Below, in pieces: positions 52,872 to 64,000 of a DNA stretch of 64,000 nucleotides (within the stretch, counting starts at the first letter, position 1; every line of letters begins with the position of its first letter). The position numbers and the translations under genes are program-made. This stretch comes from Mustelus asterias (taxonomy: Eukaryota), in contig NC_135809.1 in assembly GCF_964213995.1 (NCBI RefSeq), positions 109,368,001-109,432,000 of the forward strand. The letters are read 5' to 3'. The notes below the pieces were generated by a model. It worked only from the letters and a program-made list of their open reading frames with translations. It was not told the origin of the DNA and made no database searches.

Positions 52872-52988
52872 AAGCAGAAATCCGTCTGTCAACATCATCA
52901 ATAGTTGGAAGCGTGATTGCAAGCATTATTATTTCTGTTGCCGTAATAGCACTCATAATTTTCCTCTTTATGCGGTTCAGATATAAAG
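52872..52988 (+). CDS. NCR3LG1: Gene B transmembrane exon
   Basis: cttttacag| acceptor, |gtaagg donor; 117 nt, phase 1/1; EAEIRLSTSS-IVGSVIASIIISVAVIALIIFLFM-RFRYK, a ~24-aa hydrophobic helix followed by a basic stop-transfer. Confidence 0.88.
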
Positions 52989-53589
52989 GTAAGGCTGCAT
53001 TTTGGGGGTTGTGTGCCACTTTGGACAGTTTAGGGAATAACCTTGAGAGTAAGATGACACCAAAGGAAATTTGGGTTATGGACTGGGGAGGGAAGCTGTG
53101 CGTTGAGAACTTTTACTGCTGGTTGGTTGCTGTTATTGCAACAAATTTGTGCATCTTCTGGTTAACCAATGGTATCTCAAATTTGCTAGGATTTTTTTTT
53201 GCTTCCGCTTGTGGCAGTTCCAGTCAAATTTGTTTGCAGGCACATTGGCTTTGAAATCACTCCGTAGGCTTGGAATACAGATACATAATTGTTTCGCTAT
53301 TGCTACAAAGAAAAGAGAAACTGTTGAAGGTTTTTGTCTTGCACTCATCAAGATAAAATCTCAAGAATGCCAAATTTCAAAGGGAACTATAATTTATCAT
53401 GAAGAAAGAGTGCCGATTGATTGGCAGGTGAATGTTGATTGTTGGATGTGTCGCCATGGAGAATGCACCGATTAACAGTTTGCAAGTTTTCAGTTAAATT
53501 GAAACTAGCCAAGTTGATTCTGCTCACGGCGTTTCCATGAGAATACCCCAGAGAAATGTTGCACCCCTCACCCCCAAGCTTTTCTTTTG

Positions 53590-55720
53590 TTGAAAAAAGT
53601 GCAATGCCTGGACATGTTATTTTTGTTTACAGAGGACATGACCCTCTGTGATTGTGTGAATAGCTGTAGTTTCTGGTAAGCATAAGTGAGCCCCATTGTA
53701 AACTCCACCCCCCCCCCCCCCCAACAGATAACCTTGAAATGGTTGTTATGAATGGTTGAAATAGCACAGTTTGGATTGTTAAATAAGTGCTGCCCGATTC
53801 CGGAATTATATTTAATGTTCGACCCTGTTTTCTGAGTCCTGCAAGCACTGGCTGGTTGAGTGCAGTCCATACTCTGCCTTTTGAGAACAGCCAAAGGTAT
53901 GTGCTGTTTGATATGATCCACCAGATATTGGAATGTAAGGCCTGTATTCCTGGCATTTCACTGGCACAGGAACTCAAGTCACATTACTCATTGATCTTTT
54001 TGGCTTGACGGCAGCATCCTGTTAGTGGTGAATACCACTCGTTGCTACTGCATGGTAGTGGCTTGAAACAGCTAGCTTCACCTGTTGTTCAAATTCTTGC
54101 GATACCTTGTCCTTCCAGGGCACCAGAATTGTTAACCCTGGGGCCTATTCATGAGTTTGTCAGCAAGCAATGACGTGATCAGGGTAGCCAATTTCCTGCA
54201 GGAAAGCTTTGATGTGGCCTTTCTTGGCATCAAGATTTCTTGAGCACATGGCTTGGGACTTATTACTGACGTTGCCAAGAAGACAAATCTTGTAGGGTCC
54301 AGAGCTGTTGTGTATCAACGTGGATATTCACCAGAGAAAGTACGCTTGTAGAAGTAGTAGTAAAAGTAGGTAGTAGACAACTCTTGGCAGATTTCTCAAT
54401 TAGAAAATCGAGGAAAGGAAGCTCATTAGAATGTTCTACTTTAAAGGTGTATTTGAGTGTGGCATGGAGCCCATTAAGATGTTTAAGGAAATTCTTACCT
54501 GCAGCTTCAAATATAGCAAATGTATCATCTACTTCTCAGAAGTATGAATGTGGTAGATAGTTAGGGGTCATTCTCTTAAAGAAGCATTTCTCCTGGAAAC
54601 CAACAAAAATGTTAGCAAGAGCTGGGCCTGGAAGTGATAAAGTTGAACTCAGATGCACAAGTGGCTGGGTTTATAAGTTCAATGAATGTTGTGGGGGTTT
54701 TATTGAATTCATAAATATGTATTTTTAAGTTTGAGATACATTCCATCTAATAAGTTGAATATCTCTGACCTTCAGATATGTCTTGATGACTGCACGATTC
54801 TTGAGAAATTTTTCTATTTTTCGCTTCATTGCATGGACAAATCTTTTTAGTGAAAAATGATCCTGTGACCGTTGTTCCCCATGGTTCACTGCATCCACGT
54901 TTATATAGGTTGCCCAAGATGCACAAAAATCTTGTGCATTTTCTAAAAATTCATTTATAGGAAGTGAGCTTTGGCTAACCCAGTGTTTATTTCCCATCTC
55001 TAATTGTCTTCAAAAAGGTGGTGATGAGTTGCCTTTTTGAACCGCTGCAGTCTCTGATGTAGGTACACCCACAGTGCTGTTAGGGAGAACATTCCAGGAT
55101 TTTGCCCCAGTTACAGTGAAAGAACAGTGATATTTCCAAGTCGGGGTGGGATGTGATTTAGAGGGGAACTTCCAGATGACAATGTTCCCATGTGGCAGCC
55201 ACTCTTGTCCTTATGGATGGTAGCAGTTGTGAGTTTGAAAAGTGCTGCCTAAGGAACCTTGGGTGTGTTCTGCAGTGCATCCTGTAGAAGGTACACACCA
55301 CTGCCACTGTTGGTGGTGGCAGGAATGAATGTTTGTGGAAGGGATCCCAATCATTGTCCTGGATGATGTCCAGCTTCTTCAGTGTTGTTGGAGCTGCACT
55401 TATCAGGCAAGTGGAGATAGTCCATCACACTCCTAACTTGTGTCTTGTAGATGCTGAATAGACTTTAGGGAGTCAGGAGGTGAGTTACTTGCCACAGGAT
55501 TCCTAGCTTCTGACCTGCCCTTGAAGTCACTGTATTTAAATGGCTACTCTAGTTTCTGGTCAATTGCAACCCCCAGAATGTTAGTAGGAGATTTAGAGCT
55601 TTATGCGTTATCTTGACTGGTTCAGCACAACATGAATTGGCCAAATGGTTAAGTGAGTTGCTGCGACCAATCCTGAGTGAATTTTCTGCATACGCGATAA
55701 ATACTTCACCTTCATAAAGA
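53590..55720. mobile_element. Penelope-like retroelement fragments in both orientations, with a LINE 3' end inserted at ~54948-55590
   Basis: Minus: SGIGQHLFNNPNC and GPALANIFVGF; plus: PHGSLHPRLYRLPKMHK...TGSAQHELAKWLSELLRP. Confidence 0.7.
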
Positions 55721-56035
55721 TTAACAAGACCTGATGAGTGCAAGATGAAAAGCCTTTACAACAATGCTCCTGGCCAGCGACCATCATTATTTTTGTTGTT
55801 TCCCATTTGTTCTTTAATGATCTATTATATTTTGAAATTTCCTCTGTGCTCCATTACCAGAGATCTGATCTGCCTGTCTAGCACCCTTTCCTGATGCTCT
55901 TTAAATTTATCCTCCACATCTTGAAGCTTCTGAAATAAAAGCAAAATACTGTGGATGCTGGAAATCTGAAATAAAATGCTGGAAAAACCTTTCTGAATGA
56001 TCCAACTTGAAAATGCTTTATTTCTTTATTCCTAG

Positions 56036-56455
56036 TTGCACCAAACGTGTCACAAATTCAAAGACCTGTGCAAGTTGTACACAAAGAACTTGCAGAGTTT
56101 GCATGCCAAGTGTCTGGATATCGACCCAATGTTATTACTATCAGCTGGTATTTGCAGAGACGCAATGACAGTGAAAAGTTGATCGCTGAATGGCAAGAAG
56201 ACGACATATTCCTTTTCCCTTTCATCACTGACAGGAAACGAGAAAGGACTGGTGAAAGGAATGAAAATGATGTGGAATGGAAAGTCAAGGCAGTCAGTTT
56301 TCAGAAAAATGATGATGGAACATTCAGCATTTCCAGCGTTCTTGAGGTTTATCCTGACATCAATGTGGACAATAATGCACAAATCATATGTAAAGTGATG
56401 CATTCATCTGACAGTGAAGGCATCATTAGAAAGATTGACTTACAAATTAAGGGAG
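56036..56455 (+). CDS. Gene B post-TM IgC1 exon 1 (predicted cytoplasmic)
   Basis: ctttattcctag| acceptor, |gtaagc donor, phase 1/1; FACQVSGYRP...ISWY...KNDDGTFSISSVL...IICKVMH. Confidence 0.86.
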
Positions 56456-58747
56456 GTAAGCTTTTAATCAAAATCCACTATTCCGTTAGGTAGAACATCT
56501 GGGCACTTTCCAGCCTCCGCTGTTTTGTGATCATATTAAATGTTGCAAGCCCAAGACATGTATCCTAGATCTGCCACTTTTGAGTTTTCAAATTAATGAT
56601 TAATGATATTTGCAGCAACCTTTTATGGATGTCCACATGCTTCTTGAGTTGAATGTTGCCATGGTGTTTCAGTGAGTTACCTGAGAGTGGGCCTCTTGAC
56701 AAAGTTTGACCTCCTCATAGAGATGACAGTGTTAAAATTACATGTTGCTGTAAAATTATCCATCTAGAATTCTGTCCGAGTGTTTTTAAGTTATATGATT
56801 ACTAACTTAGGAAATAAAGCTGTGTGAAATTGAAAAGGTAAAATGGAGGGACAGCTGCACTGAAATGTTCAATATAGCATCAATAGACTAGAATATATCT
56901 GGAACCAAGGCTGTGAAAGATTGTGGAGGGAGTGGGGGAGAATTATAGCAATTCAGCAGAGAACAGAATGGGGCCTCAAGAAAAGTCTTTAGTCAACAGT
57001 TAACACAGACATGGTATAAAACAAGTCCCTTTATAGTTCAATGTTTACTCTTCTAACCCTAATGCCAAAACACAGTCCTATAGATTTTTTTCCATTAATA
57101 GCATTATGATTTTTTTAATTAATGACACAAATTAGGAAAGGAGTGTTCTACCTTTAATTATATATTTTTAAAAGGAAATAGTATAGACTTCAATATCATT
57201 TTGTAACCATTTTGCAGCTTTTCTGGCCCTTGCACCCTTTTCACCTGCTCATTTAAAAAATATTTTGATTTTCTATCACACTCTAACTCTAGTTTTGTCA
57301 TACACCTTTTCAGTTTATCTTTTACCTCCACTCCTTCCTTTGTTGCATTGTTTTGAGCCTCATGTAACATTTTGAAAAATCTTCACTGCTGATCTATTTA
57401 CCAACTTAAAATCATACCATCGTATTACCCAGTTATTCTTAATTCTCTGAGATGTTGACATATTTCATCTGCTGGCTTATCTTTACTATTTGGTGGCCTA
57501 CATCAGTACACAGAAGCATTTGTCTTCCTTTCCTTAACTGTATCCATATAGATTTTGTTCTAACCTCAGCCTTTAAAATATCCTTGCATTTTAACAGTGG
57601 GATAGAATGCTTAATGCACACTTGACCTCACTTTGTTCCTTCTGCATCTCTCCTGAAGAAGTTTAACCAGGAATATTAAGTTCCCAGTTTGTCCAAACCT
57701 TAAATTATTTTGATTATAGCTGCTATATCATATCCATAAGCTACCAGTTCATTCAGTTTGTTTTGACCACTTCGTCCATTCGTCTACATACCACTCAATC
57801 TTGAGTCCAATTTTCTCTTGGTTTATTGGCCTTTTTTCTTTTTCCTAGTTATAAGTTTTTGTTATCTTTTTATTCGTTTTGCTTCTCATTACCTCAAAGT
57901 CCCTTTCTCGTCTAACGTTTTATCATTGCATTTTCCCAACTAAGCCTTCTACTTCTACTCCAACAGCTTGTCCCCCTCTAATCTCAAGTTTATTTTTTTT
58001 ACCACTTCCTCAACATACTTGTTATATTCTTCCTGCTGATCTATTTACCCTCTTCACAAGGACGTTGGTGTCACTTTGGATGGGATGAAGGCTCCTTGGC
58101 TTCAATTTGCTCCCTTCTGTGGCTTTGGTGCTCAAGTTGGACACGCTGTCCGTTTTCAAACCTATTGGCTTTGGTTTTTAGCCATAAATAAAAAGCTATT
58201 TTATTGATAGACTAGGAAATAACTGGATTGTTGGGTGTTTTATATAAACGAATATGAGGTTATTTATCTGATTTTAATCTGCTCGAGGTGATTCTCAGCA
58301 AATAATGCAATTGAGTTATTGGAACTGCCCCTTTTTGCCTGCCTCACCCTTCTCTCCTTGTATTCCATCACACTTACAATCTCCTGTTTCTGTCACTGCC
58401 CTGGAGTCAGAGACGAGATTCTGACCAATTCTTTTCCCCATTAGCAAAGGAGTCTAGAATTTTGGAGCAATTTCGGGCTGGGAAAGCTGTTGAGGCTAGG
58501 TCGGTTTGAATATTTCAGAGTTGAGATTGATAGATTTTTGTTGGGCAGGATTATTGAAAGAAAGCATTGTTAAATAATGTCCTTTACAATCTCATGACAT
58601 GCCAAGGCTCTTTACAACCAATGAAGTACAATTGAACTATAGTCTCTGTAGTAGTTATGAGTTATGGAGTCAAGACAAGTGGATGGAGTATATTATGTGA
58701 AAAGTGAAGTTGTTCACTATGACAGAAAGAATGAAAAAACAGAGAGT

Positions 58748-59050
58748 TAAGTTTAAAGTTTATTTATTAAGGTCACACGTAGGCTTACATTAACACTGCA
58801 GTGAAGTTACTGTGAAAATCCCCTAGTCGCCACGCTCCGGCGCCTATTCGAGTACACTGAAGGAAAATTTAGCATGGCCAATGCACCTAACCACGTCTTT
58901 TGGACTGTGGGAGGAAACTGGAGCGCCCGGAGGAAACCCATGCAGACACCGGGAGAATGTGCAGACTCCTCACAGATAGTGACCCAACCAGGAATTGAAC
59001 CCAAGTCCCTGGCGCTGTGAGGCAGCAGTGCTAAGCACTTTGCCACCAAT
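58748..59050 (-). mobile_element. HE1-type SINE
   Basis: Reverse-complement head and tail. Confidence 0.85.
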
Positions 59051-59059
59051 CCACCCCGT

Positions 59060-59730
59060 TCATTACTTAAATGGCTGCAAAATCCTGAGATACAGAGGGA
59101 TCTAGATTTTCTAGCACATAAGTCACAAAACATTAATATGCAGGTACAGCAAGAAATTAAGAATGTTAATGGAATTATATCCTTTATTATAAGAGGAATT
59201 GAACATCAAAATAAGGATTTTATGGTTCAGCTGTAAAGGATATTGATGAGACCTCATCACAACTAATGTGTTCAGAGGAGGTTTACTAGATTGATACCAG
59301 GAATGAGTGGGATGTGCAATTCGGAACGTTTAGACGGACTGGACTTAATTCCCCTGGAATTTAGAAGATTGAGAAGTGAGCTGAAGATTCTAAACAGTTT
59401 TGACAAGGTGTTGGTGTAAAGCATGTTTCCTCTTGTGGTGAGTCTAGAACTAGGGAGCACAGTTTTAAAATTAGGGGTTGCCCTTCTAGGAGTGAGATGA
59501 AGAGAATTTTGTTTCTCTGAGGGTTGTGTGTTTTTGAACTCTGTTTCAGAAGAGTCATTGAGTACCAACTTGAGTACCAAAGCCACAGCTGGGTCATTGA
59601 ATGTCTTTAAGATGGAGGTTGATAGATTTTTGTTAGGTAAGGAAATCAAACCAAAGATTATTGGGCGTAGATGGGAATATGAAATGTGAAACGTAACAGG
59701 CTTAAGGGGCTGAATGGCCAACTTCTCCTA
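59060..59730 (+). mobile_element. Old CR1 3' fragment
   Basis: CR1 C-terminal and 3' UTR motifs. Confidence 0.7.
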
Positions 59731-60116
59731 TATGGAGTTAAGCTGGAGAACGCCGATATCTAATTGGATGGTGGAACAGGCTTACGTTGCTGGTCCCATA
59801 TTTCCAATTCCGTTCTGAGTGACATTATCTTTTTGTTATGCCTGTCCTGAATTTGGAATAGCATTGGTGGCGGGTCGGGGGATTGGTACATGTAAAAACA
59901 AACAAGAGCAGCAGCATGGGTTAGGATGCAGAAGATAGAACAGAGAGCTGATCACTTGTATAACTTACAGAAAACTGAAAACGCTTAAGATAATGGACAC
60001 AACATTGCTTAATACATAAATAGATAATATCCTTTAATTATAAAAAGATGAACCAATAACATTTATCTTGAGAAGTTGTACCATTAAAACTGAATGCTTT
60101 GTGGTTTTTTTTTCAG

Positions 60117-60479
60117 TTCCTCCTAAGTTGGCGAACATAATTAAACCTCCAGTCGTGCACCATAACAATTCTGTGATGCTGACTTGTCCGATAAATTTCT
60201 TCAAGCCACATCCTCTGAAGATCATATGGTATAAAATAATAGATGGAGAGAAAATCCCTTTGCTGAAGCACAATAATGGAGCTGAAGAGAATTTCTATTT
60301 GAACAAATATACCCATTCAATGATTAAATTTGATTATCCTGACTACACTCACAGTGTCTGCAGCATGCTGCTCTTTACTGCAACAATCCAAGAAGATGAA
60401 AACAGTCAGTATTCCTGTGAAGTTGGACACATTGGTTTGAAAGATCCAGTGGAGAAGTTTGTTCAACTGAATGCAAAAG
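60117..60479 (+). CDS. Gene B post-TM IgC1 exon 2 (predicted cytoplasmic)
   Basis: ttttttttcag| acceptor, |gtaaca donor, phase 1/1; LTCPINFFKP...IIWYK...SQYSCEVGH. Confidence 0.86.
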
Positions 60480-62756
60480 GTAACAGAAACGCGGTTCTTG
60501 ATTTGCTGATTCTCTTTTATAATGTATTGGTGCCTTCCTTTCTCTAACATTGCTACGATGAATTTCAGTATGAGGGGATAGAACAAACATCTATTCTGGG
60601 CATCTGTTGTCAGGATTAAGCATTTCCAAATGTTTAATTGAATGGATGTGAGCAACTATTGCAAATTTGACCACTTCTTATGTTAACCTTCTGTGGCCTT
60701 TCTGTGAGAAAGTATTCCTTGGATCCTAGACCATCAGGTGTTGAGCTGACTCCAACTTTGCTTGTGTAGGATGTATAGGGCATTAAAAGGGGGAGATGAT
60801 CATCTGTTTTTTTCTTTGAATGTATTTAAATCCGGAGATGAAAGCATAATGTGCTAAATCATGATACTACCGTATTCTAGACTTTTAGATTGCAGATAAC
60901 CTCCATAAATTTGTATGAATCTAAGTTTATTAAAAAATTTAGTCCAAATTTCATAAAGAATTATCCTTGTAAATACAACATATGGAGTACTTTTGTACAT
61001 CATCGGAAGAAAAGGGCTGATGCTACACTTGGGGTGTGAAGTGTTTACCCTTGACATATGAAGCAAGACTGGATCAACTGAGCTTGTACTCACTGAAATT
61101 TAGAAGAATAAGAGGGGTTCTCACAGAAACATATAACATCCTGATGGGACTGAACAGGCTAGATGCAGTAAGAATGTTCCCGATGTTGGGGAAGTCCAGA
61201 ACGAGGGATCACAGTCTTAAGAATAACGTCTATTGATGTTGCAGTGAATTTTCACAACAGGCGCACCCAGAGTTTTATTTAAAGGATGATGTTGATGAGA
61301 AAAAGTTGGTAAGTGAGAGTTCTGTCCAGGATGAAAGCCAGATTGTTCGTGGTGGAGGTCAGAAGTGGCATTCCAGCATGTGCAGGTCGCTTGTGTGTAT
61401 CCTACGTGCTTCCTTCAGTGCTGATGTCTGTATCAGCAGTGAAATGTCATGGATGTAGATGGACATCCTGGAATTTGGTGGAAGGCATGTCGCTGTATAG
61501 ATGTGAAAAAGGTAGTGCTGCAGAATACTGCTCTGCCTCCTGGCCCTGCAGTTGCTCAAAATTCCAATTCCAGTAAGGCAGCTCTTTTTCAATTTATTGT
61601 AATTTATTCTACTATCTATCACATATTTTTCTATTCAGATTTCCCATTTTTTTAATAATCCAGCTTCATGAAGCTTTTGCTTTCCTTGCACGTGGTGAGG
61701 TTCCACTTTCTGTCTTCACTGTTCCATTAGATACATTAGCCTTGTGCTCCTTTTTTGACGGCTTGTTCTTAGTATTAGTTACTTTCTTTCATTTCGTCAG
61801 ATCTTTATTGCATTGATATTTGTGAGAACTTGCTGTGTACACGGTGATCTTGGACATTTAAGTTCACATTGCTCAGCCTGCCATCCATAAGGAGTTGAAA
61901 AACATCAAAGAATGTTAAAAGTGTGCTGACCTTTCTGGGAAACTGCAGCTAATATCCATGCAACTGTTGTTGTGCAACCCTGAAGGACAGAATTGTGGGC
62001 GCGTGCAACATAAACCCATATATCATCACTGATCCAACAGCAGAGGTCACTGGCTTCGACCTCCAACAAGACAGTGGATGGCACTCAACATTGTGAGTGC
62101 CCAATAAGGGGCAATCTGGGGTGCGATTGTGACCATCAGTTCCTGACAATGGAACGCATTGCAATAACCTTTCCACTAATATCTGTTGCAGGAGGCATCT
62201 CATTTCTTCACTCAGAAGCCACAGAATGGATAGTAAAACCAGACATCTCATTATAAGCTGTCCTCGTCATACAAGAGTAGTAATAGTGAAAAAAATGAAA
62301 AATTGTGATAAGAAAGCTCATTGAGTTGGAACTAATGCCCTTACATAGAGTTGATTCTATACCTTAACTTAGAATGGTTAATGTTGATGGAACACAGTGG
62401 AAAATGGTATTGCAGAATCTACTCCCTTCATCATTAAGAGTCCAAACCTGAAATAATCACATCTCTTCTTTTCACAGCTGCTAGTGGACCTGCTGTTTAT
62501 TCCTAGTGTTTTCTACTTTCAATTCCAATATGCCATCTCTTTTACGTTTTGTTGTAAATTATTCTATCAACATCACTAAAAACATACCATCAAGTCTTTA
62601 TTGCATTGATGTTTGTGAGAACTTGCTGTGCACAAATTGGTTGCCGTATTTCCCAGTTACAATAATCAGTTGGAAAGCATTTTGATGCTTTGAAAAAAAA
62701 TTCCTTTCCCATTCTGAATAATAATTTATCTCCTCCTGCACCCCCCCCCCCCCCAA

Positions 62757-63330
62757 CTGTCTGTGAGTTAGGAAGTCTAGGATCCAGTTGCAGAGGGAGG
62801 AGCTGAGCCCGAGGCCACAGAATTTGGAGATGTGTTTTGTAGGAATAATGATGTTCAAGGTTGAGCTGTAGTCAACAAATAGGAGTCAGACATAAGTGTC
62901 CTTGTTATCCAGGTATACCAGGGTTGAGTGTAGGGCTAGGGAGATGGCGTCTGCTTTGGACCTATTGCAGTGATAGACTAACTGTAGTGGATCCAGTCAA
63001 TTGGGTGGCACGGTGACACATTGGTTAGCACTACTGCCTCTCAGCACCAGGGACCCGGCTTCGATTCCTGGTTTCGGTCACAGTCTGTGTGGAGTTTGCA
63101 CACTCTCCCCGTGTCTGCGGGGATTTTCTCCCGGGTGCTCCGGTTTCCTCCCACAGTCCAAAGACGTGCTGGTTAGGTGCATTGACCCGAACAGGTGCCG
63201 AAGTGTGGCAACTAGGGTAATTTCACAGTACCTTCATTGCAGTGTTAATATAAGCCTTACTTGTGACTAACAAATAAACTTTAACTTTCTGGAAGGCCGG
63301 AGTTGATCCGTGCCATGACTAACCTTTTCT
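62757..63330 (-). mobile_element. Rex-Babar fragment with nested HE1 (+) at ~63003-63288
   Basis: Homologous to ~36270-36545; HE1 head, body and tail. Confidence 0.78.
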
Positions 63331-63589
63331 ACACATGCCCATGGACACTGTTTGACATTTTATACAAATTTACCATTTCCTATTCCAATATCTTCTCGGC
63401 TTGGTTGGTAGTGAATGTTGGAGATTCAGTACAGTAATGAGTACTGCACTACTGGCGCATCTTCTTTTGAATGGACTATTTAAGCGAGGCTTCATTCTTC
63501 TTAAGGTGGATGTTAAAGAGACTATTCTATTTCAAAGTAGAAAGGTAGTGTTCTGGCCATTATTGAAACTGGAGAGCTCTTTTCTTTTT

Positions 63590-63770
63590 TATTCATTCGT
63601 GGGACATGGGCATTGCTGACTGGCAAGCCCATCCCTAGTTACCCAAGGGCAGTTGAGAGTCAACCACATTGCTATGGCTCTGGAGTCACATGTAGGCCAG
63701 GTCACGTAAGGATGGCAGATTTCCTTCCCTAAAGAATGTTAGTAAACCAGATGGGTTTTACCAACCTTCG
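63590..63770 (-). mobile_element. tRNA-derived SINE fragment, family of 727-1035
   Basis: Reverse complement of the shared body and tail. Confidence 0.7.
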
Positions 63771-63857
63771 ACCAATGTTCCATATTGCCAATATTGGAGA
63801 TATATATGTAAATTTATGTGTACCTGTACTAATGATCTACTGATTTATGTTTTGCAG

Positions 63858-64000
63858 CTTTTCCTACTCTTAATGCGATCATCAGTGAGCCAAGGAATCC
63901 TGTGATTGGAAAACAATTGACTTTGACCTGCAAAGTGCATTCATTTTACCCTAAAGATATTACTGTTCGATGGCTGAAAAATGAAGATGTTATTACGGAT
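63858..64000 (+). CDS. Gene B post-TM IgC1 exon 3, truncated by the window end (not in ORF track)
   Basis: gttttgcag| phase-1 acceptor; AFPTLNAIISEPRNPVIGKQLTLTCKVHSFYPKDITVRWLKNEDVITD, a C1-set CxVxxFYPxxIxVxW motif. Confidence 0.86.

Noticed and set aside
47720-64000. Ig heavy chain, IgNAR, IgW or TCR locus (V plus several C1 domains)
   Set aside because: V exons are complete through the G strand with their own splice donors; no RSS or J segments seen; the TM lacks the antigen-receptor motif and precedes the C1 array.

Overview
Eukaryotic genomic DNA, almost certainly from a shark or other elasmobranch, judged from HE1-type V-SINEs, Deu-domain SINE remnants and abundant CR1, Rex-Babar, Penelope and Harbinger elements. 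Most of the window is decayed transposable elements, and most ORFs in the track are TE remnants or noise. Two spliced, head-to-head B7-family genes, most similar to B7-H6/NCR3LG1, can be reconstructed from GT-AG boundaries that are all phase 1. Gene A (minus strand): leader exon present in two intact copies (28332-28443 and 22388-22499), IgV exon 14080-14418, IgC1 exon 4002-4331, and a possible terminal exon 3459-3661. Gene B (plus strand): leader 41077-41140, IgV 47720-48073, IgC1 49728-50054, transmembrane exon 52872-52988, then at least three more in-frame IgC1 exons (56036-56455, 60117-60479, 63858 to window end). The main finding is that gene B predicts a type I membrane protein with a tandem array of C1-set Ig domains on the cytoplasmic side, and its TM exon can be skipped in frame. 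Gene B also has a consensus ISRE in a CpG-rich promoter. The duplicated leader/promoter of gene A lies in a ~3.5 kb duplication whose left boundary is an ERV LTR, seen once as a solo LTR with TSD and once as an env-PPT-LTR remnant with the same downstream flank. TE family names come from motif recognition, not database searches.
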